Origin: Bacilli bacterium
Lineage (GTDB): Bacteria > Bacillota_I > Bacilli_A > RF39 > UBA660
Assembly: GCA_051872765.1 (NCBI GenBank)
Contig: JBJEED010000030.1
Location: forward strand, 1-53,751
DNA length: 53,751 bases
Direction: 5' to 3'
Positions 37,485-49,113 of the stretch are shown one piece after another (position 1 is the first letter of the stretch; each line of letters starts with the position of its first letter). Below the pieces are notes generated by a model. It had not been told where the DNA came from. It saw only the letters and a list, made by a program, of their open reading frames with translations, and ran no database searches. Made by a program: the position numbers and the translations under genes.

Positions 37485-39008
37485 TTAATAACCATATTTA
37501 TCATGATATTCTAATAATAATCTTGTTACTCTTTCATATGTAAATTCTTTTAAAACTTTAGAATTACTAATGGTTTTATAATCTCTTTCTATAGGTTCCA
37601 AAAAGAACTTAATAGGTTCATTTTTCTCTTTATCAGAAATTTCATATTCATAATTATTTTGATAAACTGCCATAAATAATGAATCATTACCTATTATATC
37701 TTTTATTTTATTGAATCTCTCTTTATCTATTTTACCAGTAACTATTACTACATCATAACTTTCATTATCAATTAATTTACTTATATCATCAACAGTTAAT
37801 TCTTTTTCTGTTATGGTGCTTATTAATTTATAATCATTATCTTTTAATTTACTTAATGCTTCTAACAATTCTATTTTATTTTCTTTATAATTTTTAAGAG
37901 AATATGTATCTATAAATATTTCATATGACCTAGGTAAATAATAATCACTTTGTCTTATTTTATAATTACATATTTCATAATAGTTTCCACTTTTACATAA
38001 AGAAGTAATTTTATCTTCATATACTAATGCTTTTTCTATATCTATATATTTATAAGATTCTAATGCTCTTGCAAATCCCTCTAGATAAGCTCCATATTTT
38101 GATACATCAGATTCAGAATTGATACCAGCCAAATAAGAACAAAAAACAGTTTCATTCTCTCTAATTAAACTCTTAGAATGACAATATTCATGAGTCATAG
38201 TAGATAATATATTAACACTATCTATTTCAAAATCAACATATATATTATACATATGAGTAAGCCCAATTGTATCATTACCATATATTGATTTTAATATATC
38301 TGTTAAATCATTTGACTTTTTAGGATAGATACCACCTAATAAAGTTAATTTATCTTTAACATTTTTTAAATCATTTACAACTTGTATATTATAATCTCCG
38401 TTAAATACTACTTTATTTTCATCATCTCTTGGTAAAATAGAAGAATAATATTCTATTTTATTAAATGCATAATCTAAATAATTATCTAAATCATCTACTT
38501 CATATGTTTTATTAATAGTATTCTCAAACATTAACTCATCTATTAAAGGTAAACTTAGATTTTCTAAATTTATATAAAGAGGATAAAATATCATTAGGTA
38601 TAATATAATCTGAACTTTTATCATTTTATTATATTTTATATTTAGAGACTTAATACTATCTTTCTTGTTATTTATAATAACTATATTATAAACTAATAAT
38701 GATAACAATAAAATTAATGCTACTATAGTATATATATAAGAAAAATATGGAATATGCGAACTTATATTAAATAATATACCCGTAATACTATTAACAATAT
38801 ACTTAGTATAAAATATAGAAAATGAATTATTATAAAAACTTAATATCAAAAATATAATATTAATTAATGCAAAACCTAACATTATAAATAATTCAATCTT
38901 ACTAGATTTATTTAACTTTTCTATCTTTTTAGTTCTTTCTTTGATTTGTCTTTTTAATTCTTTTTTTTCTTCTATAGATAATTTTTTCTTTTCTTTATTT
39001 TTTTTCAT
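37485..39008 (-). CDS. DUF3810-like membrane-anchored zincin metalloprotease
   Basis: Three N-terminal TMs; THEYCH (HExxH) followed by RENE; start moved to ATG 39008 after SD GGTGA. Confidence 0.75.
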   Translation of the reverse strand: MKKNKEKKKLSIEEKKELKRQIKERTKKIEKLNKSSKIELFIMLGFALINIIFLILSFYNNSFSIFYTKYIVNSITGILFNISSHIPYFSYIYTIVALILLLSLLVYNIVIINNKKDSIKSLNIKYNKMIKVQIILYLMIFYPLYINLENLSLPLIDELMFENTINKTYEVDDLDNYLDYAFNKIEYYSSILPRDDENKVVFNGDYNIQVVNDLKNVKDKLTLLGGIYPKKSNDLTDILKSIYGNDTIGLTHMYNIYVDFEIDSVNILSTMTHEYCHSKSLIRENETVFCSYLAGINSESDVSKYGAYLEGFARALESYKYIDIEKALVYEDKITSLCKSGNYYEICNYKIRQSDYYLPRSYEIFIDTYSLKNYKENKIELLEALSKLKDNDYKLISTITEKELTVDDISKLIDNESYDVVIVTGKIDKERFNKIKDIIGNDSLFMAVYQNNYEYEISDKEKNEPIKFFLEPIERDYKTISNSKVLKEFTYERVTRLLLEYHDKYGY

Positions 39009-39130
39009 ATTATTCACCATTAGTAATATAAAGTTAAATAATATAAAATTCAATATTTATTAATAAACTTTACAATAAAAATAGTATTGAATTATTCAAT
39101 ACTATAAATTATTTAATGTTTTTTTAATAA

Positions 39131-40081
39131 TTAAAATAATCTCTTTAATTCTAAATTATCATTATTAAATTTTTCAATGTCTTCATCTCTAAAGCTTAAT
39201 ATATTATTAAACACTTGCATCCCAAAATCATTTCCAATATTTCCTTTTTTAGTCTCTTCTTTTATTATACTTAATAATGTATCAAATGATAAATCATCAA
39301 GTTGTAATACTAAAGCTCTTACATAGTCTGATTCTAGCATTAATCTTCTTTGATTAGACTTATGTGTAAGAGTAGGTTTATTTAATTCTGATAATTTGAT
39401 AGCATACTCTAAAATTTTAGGAATTGTTGCAACGGAATAAATCATTTTTTTGCTATAATCATCTTCATCTATATATATTTCACTTTCTTCACTTCTTACA
39501 AATGCATAACTATATTTAGCATCAATATACATTCTTCTGATTTCTTCAAAGTCTCTTGCTTCTTCGATATGTGAATCAATAATATCTAAAAATTGTTTAT
39601 CCACTCTTGATTCTAAAGAACTATATGTATCATAAGTATCTAGTTCTTCCTCATTATCTTCACCATAACGCTCCGTAAGTAATTCATGCATACATTTCTT
39701 TTTACTTATTTCTAATAATTTAGTGGTGATTCTCATTGCAACTAAAACTTCATTAGGTAATTTATTTCCGAATATTACACTAATAGGCTCTAATATAGCT
39801 TTTTTATTTGATAAATCAAAATTATTACTTAATTCTCCTATCGCAATACCTGCGATAGTAGATGATAATTCTATTATCTCATCTTTTGTATTAACCCCTG
39901 AAAATAACTTTTCATATAACTTATCTTCTTCTTTTCTTAATCTCACTATTTGAAATAAAGCATTATTATATTCTAAATCACCTTTTCTATTTTCTAACTC
40001 TTTAGTTTTTAAAATATCATAATACATAATTAACTCATTTGCTTTATTTAATAGTAATAAATAATATTCTTTTTCTTTCAT
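39131..40081 (-). CDS. Hypothetical alpha-helical protein (316 aa)
   Basis: Long ORF with SD GGGGAAGAGG; no recognised motif. Confidence 0.75.
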   Translation of the reverse strand: MKEKEYYLLLLNKANELIMYYDILKTKELENRKGDLEYNNALFQIVRLRKEEDKLYEKLFSGVNTKDEIIELSSTIAGIAIGELSNNFDLSNKKAILEPISVIFGNKLPNEVLVAMRITTKLLEISKKKCMHELLTERYGEDNEEELDTYDTYSSLESRVDKQFLDIIDSHIEEARDFEEIRRMYIDAKYSYAFVRSEESEIYIDEDDYSKKMIYSVATIPKILEYAIKLSELNKPTLTHKSNQRRLMLESDYVRALVLQLDDLSFDTLLSIIKEETKKGNIGNDFGMQVFNNILSFRDEDIEKFNNDNLELKRLF

Positions 40082-40181
40082 ACAACAACCTCTTCCCCTT
40101 TTTTATTTAAATTAAATATTGTAAAGTATTGTATCAAAAAAAGTAGCAATTGTCACTACTTTTTTAATGTTATATAGTATT

Positions 40182-42359
40182 TTAATTAGATTTTTTTGAT
40201 TTTTTCTCTTCAGTATCTTTATGCTCAGTCTTTGGTAATAATTCTTTTCTAGAAAGATTTAATTTACCTTTCTTATCATATCCAATTGCTTTAACAACAA
40301 TTTCATCTCCTACTTGTAATATATCTCTTGGATGTTCAACTCTCTTATTATCAAGTTGAGACACATGGACAAGTCCTTCGCAACCAGGCCATAGTTCAAC
40401 AAAAGCACCAAAATCTTCTATTTTAACAACTTTTACTGTATATACTTCACCAATTTCAACTTCTTTAACTATATTTTCAATCATTGATATTGCCTTATCA
40501 AGTACATCCTTATTCATATGATAACATACTACATTACCCTCATCATCAATATCAATTTTAACTGCATCTTTTGCATTAACACTAGTTACATTACTTGATT
40601 CTAATATAATCTTAGTAATAGTGTCTCCACCCTTACCAATTACATCTTTAATTTTTTCTGGTTCAATCTTCATTTTTCTAATTTTTGGTGCATATTCAGA
40701 TAATTCATTTCTTACTGCTGGGATAGTATTTTCTATAACATCAAGAATTTTCATTCTAGCTTTCTTAGCTTTTTCTAATGCTTCTTTTAATACATCACGA
40801 GTAACACCTTTAATTTTAATATCCATTTGAAGTGCAGTTATACCTTTTCTTGTACCAGCAACTTTAAAATCCATATCTCCCATATGATCTTCAAGTCCTT
40901 GAATATCAGTTAAAATAGTATATTTATTACATGTTCCATCTTCAGTAATAAGCCCCATAGCAATACCCGCAACAGGTGCTTTAATTGGTACACCAGCAGC
41001 CATTAATGACATACATCCAGCACAAATACTTGCTTGACTAGATGACCCATTACTTTCAAGTACTTCTGATACTACACGAACTGTATATGGAAATTCCTCT
41101 TGACTTGGCATAACTTGTAATAAAGCGCGCTCTGCAAGTGCTCCATGACCAATCTCACGTCTTCCTGGACTTCCATATCTTCCAGTTTCACCAACACTAA
41201 ATGCTGGAAAATTGTAGTGAAAAATAAACTTTTTTGACTCTTCTAATCCAAGACCATCTAATATTTGTTCTTCGTTTTGAGCACCCAATGTAGTAATAGC
41301 AAGTGCTTGAGTTTGACCTCTTGTAAACAATGCACTACCATGTGTTCTTGGAAGTATGTCAACATCAGCTGACAACTCTCTTATTTCATCCATACCACGA
41401 CCATCTGGTCTAATATGTTCATTAGTAATTAATCTTCTAACTTCATTTCCTTCGATTTCATCAGCAACTTTCTTAACTAATTTTAAATCTTCTTCTAAAG
41501 TCTCTTCACCTTCATGTCTTTCTTTATATTTAGTTAAAGCACTCTCTTTTACTTCATCGATTCTAGCATATTTTTCTAATTTATCTTTAATTTGAATAGC
41601 CTCTACCATATCATCTTTAATATCAGCGATTACTTCATTTCTAAGTTCATCTCTAATATTAGCAAGAACTACTTCAATTTTTTCAAGACCTATCTCACTT
41701 ATAATGTCTTCCTGAATAGCACATAATTCTTTAACTGCTTCATGACCAAACATTAATGCTTCTAACATTTCATCTTCACTAACTTCTTTAGAACCACTCT
41801 CAACCATATTAATTGCTTCTTTAGTACCAGCTACAGTTAGATTAATTGTACTTCTTTCCATCTCTTCACAAGTTGGATTAATTTTAAGTTCTCCATCAAT
41901 CTTACCTACTATTACACCTGATACTGGACCATCAAAAGGTATTGCTGAAATTCCTAAACATAAAGATGTACCAAATAAAGCAGTCATTTCAGGAGTTTTA
42001 TCTGGATCAACACTTAAAACAGTATTAACAACTTGTACTTCGTTTCTAAAATTTTCATCAAACATTGGTCTAATTGGTCTATCTATAACCCTTGCTGTTA
42101 ATGTAGCCGCATCAGTTGGACGACCTTCTCTTTTAATAAACCCACCTGGAATTTTTCCAACAGAATAAAGTTTTTCTTGATATAAAATAGTTAATGGGAA
42201 AAAATCAGCAGTTGATACATTATTACTCATACAACAAGTTGATAATATAACTGTATCATCATATCTTACTAATACGGCCCCTCCAGCTTGTTTAGCAAGT
42301 TCTCCATGTTCGATAACTAATTTTCTACCTAGAAAATCATATTCAAATATTCTCTTCAT
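40182..42359 (-). CDS. pnp: Polyribonucleotide nucleotidyltransferase
   Basis: [62 protein letters not shown]; KH and S1 domains. Confidence 0.98.
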   Translation of the reverse strand: MKRIFEYDFLGRKLVIEHGELAKQAGGAVLVRYDDTVILSTCCMSNNVSTADFFPLTILYQEKLYSVGKIPGGFIKREGRPTDAATLTARVIDRPIRPMFDENFRNEVQVVNTVLSVDPDKTPEMTALFGTSLCLGISAIPFDGPVSGVIVGKIDGELKINPTCEEMERSTINLTVAGTKEAINMVESGSKEVSEDEMLEALMFGHEAVKELCAIQEDIISEIGLEKIEVVLANIRDELRNEVIADIKDDMVEAIQIKDKLEKYARIDEVKESALTKYKERHEGEETLEEDLKLVKKVADEIEGNEVRRLITNEHIRPDGRGMDEIRELSADVDILPRTHGSALFTRGQTQALAITTLGAQNEEQILDGLGLEESKKFIFHYNFPAFSVGETGRYGSPGRREIGHGALAERALLQVMPSQEEFPYTVRVVSEVLESNGSSSQASICAGCMSLMAAGVPIKAPVAGIAMGLITEDGTCNKYTILTDIQGLEDHMGDMDFKVAGTRKGITALQMDIKIKGVTRDVLKEALEKAKKARMKILDVIENTIPAVRNELSEYAPKIRKMKIEPEKIKDVIGKGGDTITKIILESSNVTSVNAKDAVKIDIDDEGNVVCYHMNKDVLDKAISMIENIVKEVEIGEVYTVKVVKIEDFGAFVELWPGCEGLVHVSQLDNKRVEHPRDILQVGDEIVVKAIGYDKKGKLNLSRKELLPKTEHKDTEEKKSKKSN

Positions 42360-42403
42360 CTTTTAACTCCTCTCAAAAATAAAAAGACACTTAAAAATAG
42401 TGC

Positions 42404-42673
42404 CTACTTTCTAATATTTAATTTTTTAATCAAATCACGATATCTTTGGATATCTTCTTTTTTAAGATACTCTAATAAACTTTTTCTCTTACCAACTAAT
42501 TGAAGAAGTCCACGATTAGTATGATAATCATGCTTATGTTCTTTCATATGTTCAGTAAGTCCATTAATTCTTTCAGTTAAAAGAGCAACTTGTACCTCAA
42601 CGCTTCCTGTATCACCTTTGCTTCTTGCAAATTCAGATACAATAGCATTTTTCTTTTCTTTACTTAAAGCCAT
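42404..42673 (-). CDS. rpsO: 30S ribosomal protein uS15
   Basis: GDTGSVEVQVALLT, HKHDYHTNRGLLQLVGKR. Confidence 0.98.
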   Translation of the reverse strand: MALSKEKKNAIVSEFARSKGDTGSVEVQVALLTERINGLTEHMKEHKHDYHTNRGLLQLVGKRKSLLEYLKKEDIQRYRDLIKKLNIRK

Positions 42674-42687
42674 TTTAATATCCTCCT

Positions 42688-42752
42688 TATTTTTAAATCC
42701 GTTTATTCTGAGTAAAGAAGATGAGGACTCATCTAAACCCGGAAAAAACTTC
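42688..42752 (-). promoter_or_regulatory. rpsO (S15) autoregulatory leader
   Basis: UCCG.../...CGGA outer stem enclosing the AGAUGAG-UC-CUCAUCU hairpin and UACUCAG, like Firmicutes S15 leaders; promoter TTGATT-17-TATTAT (42787-42759). Confidence 0.55.
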
Positions 42753-42835
42753 TAATTAATAATACAACAAAATACTATAAAAATCAACTATTTTTTTGAA
42801 GTTTACAGCTTAAAAAATAACTAGCGAATATTTCG

Positions 42836-44440
42836 CTAGTTATTAATATTAGTTATCTCTATTATATCCTTTTGTTTAACATAAGATATTTTTAACTCAT
42901 CACCTTTACTTACAAATGGTAGATAATCACTTACTTTGATAGATACTTTATATTTTTGTTTTTCTGTATCAGTTATATAGTAGTATGTCATAGAATCTAT
43001 AGTTGCTGAATTTATTTTATCTATAACTATAGTTTTTTCTATTAATGTACTACCACTATTTTTTAAATCTACACTTGAAAGATAATTTCTAGCTGCCTCT
43101 TCTACTCCTAATGATGCATCTGTTACAACTACTTTTTGATAATCTTCTACATCAACAAAAGCATACATTTTAACTAAACCTGCTTTATCTTTTAAACTAA
43201 TTAGATATGTAGGTCTATCATTTAAGTTAATCAATAATGGGAATGTAGAATTATAATTCATTTGTTGAACTTGACCTTTAGCAGAATCCATAGCTGAATA
43301 TTCTTCTGCTCCTGGAACATTATAAAATTTAGTTTCTTTAGTTCTTAAATTAGTAATTATAAATCCTATATTTGATTCATCTGAATTAATAGATGTAATA
43401 CCAGTATACAAATATACATCATCATCTTGAATCATATAATTATATCCATCAGTAGTTGTTACTACTCCTTTTTGACCAAATAATGAATTTAAGAAACCAT
43501 TTTTATACATTCCCCAATCATTAACTTGTTCAATAACTAAATTAGCACTATAAACTTGATCTACCCATTTTGGTACTTCATTTGTATCATAATAAGTACT
43601 CTTTGCAGTAATTGGATCAAATATTATAATACCATCTACTTCTTTAAGTAATCCAACCGCACTATATCTAATAGTTGGAACTATCCAATAAGGATTTCCT
43701 TCATTATCTATCTCAAATGATACATTTCCAAATACTTTTGTTGGATATAAAAATCTAAGTTTTCTATATAAGTTCTCATTAAACAATGAACTAGGCATAT
43801 ATTTCATACCTTTATCTAATTTAATAAGTTCACTCTTACCAGTAACAGAATTTACTTTAATATATCCTTTTACTCCATCTTTTCTATTTGTTAACCACTT
43901 TATTCCATTCGCATATTCTAGTGGTGTTACTCTAATAATTTCGTTATTATAATTTATTTGTGTATATAATGATGATACTTCAAATTGACTTACTAACTCA
44001 CTCATCTGTCCCATCACTCTATCTCCTAATTTAGTGCTAGAATCTTTATCAAGTAAAGGAATCATATCAAAATTAACTTCATTAATCTCACTTGTAAAAT
44101 CATTTGATTCATCAATCTCTATTCTATTTGAATATTTTTTACTCATAAAAAGTGGTGAAAATATTATATTAACTAAACATATTAATACAAATACACCTGC
44201 AATTACAAAATAAATTAAATTATCCTTATAAAATTTATTTTTATTATATCCTTCTTTAAATATTCTCTTAACATTAGTTTTTATATTAATTATACCTGTT
44301 ACTTTGAAAACCAAAATTACAAATACCAAATATACATAAAAACCAAAATATTGGAAATTTATTGGAGGTAGTGTTATATAAAATACTAAAAACGCAACCA
44401 CCAAAGTTACTAAAATTCTTAAAACTATATTATTTTTCAT
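42836..44440 (-). CDS. Conserved uncharacterised membrane-anchored protein (3 TMs + large extracellular domain)
   Basis: Motifs RVTPLEY, EIDNEGNPYW, TTDGYNY, YTGITS, GAEEYSAM and PLLIN, which I recognise from a Firmicutes family often labelled CvpA-like; function unknown. Confidence 0.8.
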   Translation of the reverse strand: MKNNIVLRILVTLVVAFLVFYITLPPINFQYFGFYVYLVFVILVFKVTGIINIKTNVKRIFKEGYNKNKFYKDNLIYFVIAGVFVLICLVNIIFSPLFMSKKYSNRIEIDESNDFTSEINEVNFDMIPLLDKDSSTKLGDRVMGQMSELVSQFEVSSLYTQINYNNEIIRVTPLEYANGIKWLTNRKDGVKGYIKVNSVTGKSELIKLDKGMKYMPSSLFNENLYRKLRFLYPTKVFGNVSFEIDNEGNPYWIVPTIRYSAVGLLKEVDGIIIFDPITAKSTYYDTNEVPKWVDQVYSANLVIEQVNDWGMYKNGFLNSLFGQKGVVTTTDGYNYMIQDDDVYLYTGITSINSDESNIGFIITNLRTKETKFYNVPGAEEYSAMDSAKGQVQQMNYNSTFPLLINLNDRPTYLISLKDKAGLVKMYAFVDVEDYQKVVVTDASLGVEEAARNYLSSVDLKNSGSTLIEKTIVIDKINSATIDSMTYYYITDTEKQKYKVSIKVSDYLPFVSKGDELKISYVKQKDIIEITNINN

Positions 44441-44534
44441 ATCTCTCCTTATAACTTATTATTTTTTATAATTATATTAATTGTGCATATAATCACATCC
44501 TTATTGAAATTATATCATATAATTAATAATAATT

Positions 44535-45716
44535 TTAGTATTTTTTAATAAATTTTGTATTATATATTAATATTATAGTTTGAATTATAGTTATAATTGA
44601 TGCATATAAAAATAATATTCTAAGAGATATATTTAAAAATAATCCTGCTAAATAAGCTCCAACACCTTCGCCTAAACATTCTATAAAATATCTTATGTTT
44701 TCAAATAAAAACTTATCTTTATTACTATTTTCTCTTATAAATACACCAGTTACTTTATTATCTAATATTTTAGATGTTATATATGATATACATATACATA
44801 ATATAAAAGAAAGAGAATTATTAAATGAGAAAGCTAATAAATAAAATACTGCTCTTATACCAAATTTTAATAAGATACTTTTTTTAACACTTAATTTATC
44901 ACTTAGCCTATTAAAAAATATACATGCTAAGTTTCCAATCATATTACTAGTAATAATAAATATTGATGCTAATGATAATGAAAAATTTAATTTATTAGTA
45001 AGTATTATCATTATGAAATCAAATACTAAGCCATAAGAGACTCTAACAAAAAAACATGAAAATAAATATATTTTATTACTCTTAAGCGAAAATATATTTT
45101 TAATAGATATTTGTAGTGTATTATTATCTTTTCTTCTTAATATATTTTTATCATTATAATAAACAAAAAAAATTATTGATAAAAGTGAGGATATTAAAGA
45201 TATGATAAGAAAAGAATCATAATCAATGATATAGCTACCAACACTAAAACCAAATAAAATACCACACATAATTATACCAATATCATTAGATAAATATTCT
45301 ATCGTAGTCTTTTTTCTATATCCCTCATCACTATCATCAATAAATGATAATAGTGGATATGATGATAACATATATATAAGTTCACATATAATAGATAATA
45401 ATACACATACAATAAGAGTATATAAATTATTTGTGTATCTAAGAATTAATAATGAAATAACTCTAATGAGTATAATCTCGATTATCAAATTTTTAATCTT
45501 TATTTTAGATGAAACTAAACTTATAATAATTGAAACAATCGCACTACATATAAATGATATTGATAATATTAAACTTATATTATCTAAACTAACATTTCTA
45601 CTTTCTAACCATAAACTTCTATAATTTGTCCATATACCAATCGAAAAAGACATTAATGCATAAGTAATCATTAATATATTTTCATTATAAAATTTATTGT
45701 TATTTTTAATAATCAT
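44535..45716 (-). CDS. MFS-type transporter
   Basis: About 12 hydrophobic segments in two halves with a central polar loop. Confidence 0.8.
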   Translation of the reverse strand: MIIKNNNKFYNENILMITYALMSFSIGIWTNYRSLWLESRNVSLDNISLILSISFICSAIVSIIISLVSSKIKIKNLIIEIILIRVISLLILRYTNNLYTLIVCVLLSIICELIYMLSSYPLLSFIDDSDEGYRKKTTIEYLSNDIGIIMCGILFGFSVGSYIIDYDSFLIISLISSLLSIIFFVYYNDKNILRRKDNNTLQISIKNIFSLKSNKIYLFSCFFVRVSYGLVFDFIMIILTNKLNFSLSLASIFIITSNMIGNLACIFFNRLSDKLSVKKSILLKFGIRAVFYLLAFSFNNSLSFILCICISYITSKILDNKVTGVFIRENSNKDKFLFENIRYFIECLGEGVGAYLAGLFLNISLRILFLYASIITIIQTIILIYNTKFIKKY

Positions 45717-45807
45717 ATTATTAGTATGAATAAATTACATAATTTTATTTAAAATAAAAAAACTATTTATATAACCTTTATAAAATAGTCTTATTTACCA
45801 TAAAAAT

Positions 45808-47073
45808 CTACTTAATAGTTCTAATTATGCTATAATTCTTAAAATCAAGATTATTTATAATATTTTTTGCTACTGAATATTTCATATTTTTAATCATTGA
45901 ATATTCATTAAAATCAACTTTATTTTCTAACATAACAGATGAACTTATATTATACTCAACATCTTCTATATTATCAAAATCTAATATATATGATTTTAAG
46001 AATAATTTTTTCTTTCTTTCAAAACTTATTTCATCTATAGATATATTTAATATATCTTCTTTTATTCTATTAATAAATATATTAGCATCTTTAGTTAAAG
46101 CACTTACCCCTATTATTACATAATCATCAATAATATTAACATTACTTCCCATATTAATAATTATTTCTTCATTTTTATATTGTTCATATAATTTACTAGT
46201 GGCTGAGAAATTATTTGATAAAATTATATTTATATAATATCTAAGCAAATTATCATTTTTGATATTAAATCTTCTTTTATCAATTTTAAAAGCATATTTT
46301 ACCCTATCATTTCTCATATCTTTTTTTATTTCTTCATAATTTATACGTACTGTTTCTTTATCTTTTCTCTTTATTCTTTTAGGTAATTGTTTTTTATTTG
46401 ATTTAATATCTTTCATATATTCTTTAATGTCTTCAAGTATTATATCTTTATCAAAATTACCCGTCACTACTATAAATGTATTATTAGTTCCATAATAATC
46501 TTTATATATTCTATTTAAACTTTTAGCAGTGATTTTCTCTATGTCTTCTCTTTCACCTACCACTGTTTTTTTGATATAAGAATTGTGAAACAAATTTGAT
46601 AATATTTTAGTAGACATATAACTATCAATTTGATCTTTGTACATATCTATTTCTTCGCCAATTATTCCTTTTTCTTCATTAACACATTTTTCATTTATAT
46701 CTATATTATAAAATATATCAAGTAGTAATTTTAAATTTTCTCTTAAGTTTATACTTCCAAATATATTATAATTTGTTCCATAATAACTTGTCCACGCATT
46801 AGCAAGACTACCAAGCTCATTAATTCTTTTTGATATTTCTGGGTTTTCTGATAATGCCATAACTTTATGTTCTAAAAAATGAGCACTTCCAGGAATAATA
46901 TCATATACCTTATTATTTATTTTATACTTATTTATTCTTGCTCCATATTTTACAGAAATCGATAAATAAAAATTCTTAGTTTTATCAGTGGGATATAAAT
47001 ATACTTCTACACCATTTTCAAGTTTTTCATAATAAACATCTTCCCTTACCTTTTCAAATGTTTTTTTAATCAT
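45808..47073 (-). CDS. ymfH: M16 peptidase, catalytic subunit (YmfH-like)
   Basis: PGSAHFLEH (HxxEH), ANAWTS, EKGIIGEEI. Confidence 0.92.
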   Translation of the reverse strand: MIKKTFEKVREDVYYEKLENGVEVYLYPTDKTKNFYLSISVKYGARINKYKINNKVYDIIPGSAHFLEHKVMALSENPEISKRINELGSLANAWTSYYGTNYNIFGSINLRENLKLLLDIFYNIDINEKCVNEEKGIIGEEIDMYKDQIDSYMSTKILSNLFHNSYIKKTVVGEREDIEKITAKSLNRIYKDYYGTNNTFIVVTGNFDKDIILEDIKEYMKDIKSNKKQLPKRIKRKDKETVRINYEEIKKDMRNDRVKYAFKIDKRRFNIKNDNLLRYYINIILSNNFSATSKLYEQYKNEEIIINMGSNVNIIDDYVIIGVSALTKDANIFINRIKEDILNISIDEISFERKKKLFLKSYILDFDNIEDVEYNISSSVMLENKVDFNEYSMIKNMKYSVAKNIINNLDFKNYSIIRTIK

Positions 47074-48331
47074 TATTCATATCCCCTTTCATCAAGTATA
47101 TAGTACTTAAATTTATTTTGTCATTTAAATTAATTACTTCATCAATAGTGACTTTATTAATATTATCTCTATATGTCTCAACATCTTCACTCTCCATAAA
47201 TTGATCATAATAATATTTATTTATTTGAGATGCCATATCATCATAATAACTATTTAAATAAGTATTAATTGTTTTTTTAGCCGGTTCAAATAATCTTTCT
47301 AAAGTATTCTTATCTCTCATTAAATTAACGCATTCTTTAATAAGCTCAACTGCTTTTTCATAATTATCTTTATTTATTCCAGCATAAATAGTTAGTGAAG
47401 GATTATATTTAGAATAAAACGAGCCAATTGAATAACAAAGTGAATTATTCTCTCTTACTATATTGAAAAGTACACTATCATTCATTGTACCAAGTATTGT
47501 ATTATATACTTTAAGTACATGTGACATCTCATGATAATTTAATTCATTTAATCTATAACCAATATAGAGTTTTGATTGATTAAATGGTAATGGTTCAACA
47601 ATTTCTTTTATATTATTTTTATACTTATGATTAACCACTAAATTTAGTAACTCATTTGAACCATTTAAATTTTTAAACTTATTATTTATTTTATCAATAA
47701 TACCATCTTCTACATCACCATATACAATTAAATCTATTCTATATTCACCACTATTTAATTTTTTATAAAACTCATATAAATCAGTTGGATTTATTTTTTC
47801 TACATCTTCTAATTTAGCAATAGTACTATATTCACCAGGTGTTCCTTCATACATATGTTTTGCATAATTAATACTAGCATATAAATTAGGATTATCTTTA
47901 ATTGAATTTATTCCACTAATTACATCATTTTTAATAATATTAAAATAGTCTTCCTTAAAACCATTATTTTCTATATTGGGATTAAATATTATTTCGTATA
48001 AGAAATCTAAAGATTCATCCATATATTTATTATCTGTATATTTTGGATTTAAAAAATCAAGAGATATTACAAATTCTTGTATATTTCCAGTTAAACAATA
48101 AGATATTTCAACTTTAGATCCATATAAATCTTCGCCTTTACTAGCCATTTTATTTTTAGTATTATATTTTTTAGATGAATAAACTAAATTTCTTGATAAT
48201 AAATTTCCATACGCTATATCATCTTTATTAAACTTTTTACTATAAAACAATACTACACTTACCGACTTAAAACGATTAGTATTTATTAAATGGAAAGTAT
48301 AGTTATCATATTCTATTTTCTTGTATTCCAT
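47066..48331 (-). CDS. ymfF: M16 peptidase-like non-catalytic subunit (YmfF-like)
   Basis: TNRFKS, QSKLYIGY, LFNIVRENNSLCYS; no HxxEH; overlaps ymfH. Confidence 0.88.
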   Translation of the reverse strand: MEYKKIEYDNYTFHLINTNRFKSVSVVLFYSKKFNKDDIAYGNLLSRNLVYSSKKYNTKNKMASKGEDLYGSKVEISYCLTGNIQEFVISLDFLNPKYTDNKYMDESLDFLYEIIFNPNIENNGFKEDYFNIIKNDVISGINSIKDNPNLYASINYAKHMYEGTPGEYSTIAKLEDVEKINPTDLYEFYKKLNSGEYRIDLIVYGDVEDGIIDKINNKFKNLNGSNELLNLVVNHKYKNNIKEIVEPLPFNQSKLYIGYRLNELNYHEMSHVLKVYNTILGTMNDSVLFNIVRENNSLCYSIGSFYSKYNPSLTIYAGINKDNYEKAVELIKECVNLMRDKNTLERLFEPAKKTINTYLNSYYDDMASQINKYYYDQFMESEDVETYRDNINKVTIDEVINLNDKINLSTIYLMKGDMNND

Positions 48332-48405
48332 ATTTCACATCCTTATCTCTAATAGAAAATAATAAAGAAGATAAAAATCACCTTCTTTATTATTATTAAC
48401 ACTTT

Positions 48406-49113
48406 TTACATTTTTATAATTGATTCTAGCGCAAGTAAAATCATTTCATCAAGTTTAGTTTCGCGAGCGGACGAATCAATAAGTTCATGTGTTACAAAAC
48501 TATCACTAATCGTGATTAATGCCGTTGCTTTTTTCATAGCTTTTTTAGCGTTATAAAATAATGCATATGCTTCCATTTCAACTGCTTTACATCCCATTTC
48601 TACAAATTTAGAGAAGTCTTTATTATTTGAATAAAATGCTTCAGTAGTATGAAGTCTACCTTGTTTTACTTCTATACCTTTAATAGCTGCAGTATCTAAA
48701 ATTTTAGCATTTAAATCATAAGAAGAATTTATTACATCTAAATTTTCATTACCTGCTTCTTCATCAAAAGAAGTTCTAGAGTAAGCTGAATCAGCAAGTA
48801 ATACATCATATATTTTTAACTCTTCCACATAAGCACCTGCTGTTCCTATTCTAATTATATTTTCTACATCATAATTATTAAATAATTCATAACTATATAT
48901 GCCCATACTGCCTATTCCCATACCACTTGAGAATATTGTAACTGGAACATTTTTATATTTACCAGTAAATGCAAGTTCTCCCCTTACTTGATTAACTAAT
49001 TTTACATCAGTTAAATACTTTTCTGCTATATATTTTGCCCTATTTGGGTCTCCTGGCATAAGCACTCTTGGTGCTATGTCCTCTTTATTTGCTTCAATAT
49101 GTACTGTCGCCAT
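48406..49113 (-). CDS. deoD: Purine nucleoside phosphorylase, DeoD type
   Basis: HIEAN, VLMPGDPNRAKYIA, GMGIGSMGIY, IIRIGTAG, VEMEAYALF, TISDS. Confidence 0.95.
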   Translation of the reverse strand: MATVHIEANKEDIAPRVLMPGDPNRAKYIAEKYLTDVKLVNQVRGELAFTGKYKNVPVTIFSSGMGIGSMGIYSYELFNNYDVENIIRIGTAGAYVEELKIYDVLLADSAYSRTSFDEEAGNENLDVINSSYDLNAKILDTAAIKGIEVKQGRLHTTEAFYSNNKDFSKFVEMGCKAVEMEAYALFYNAKKAMKKATALITISDSFVTHELIDSSARETKLDEMILLALESIIKM

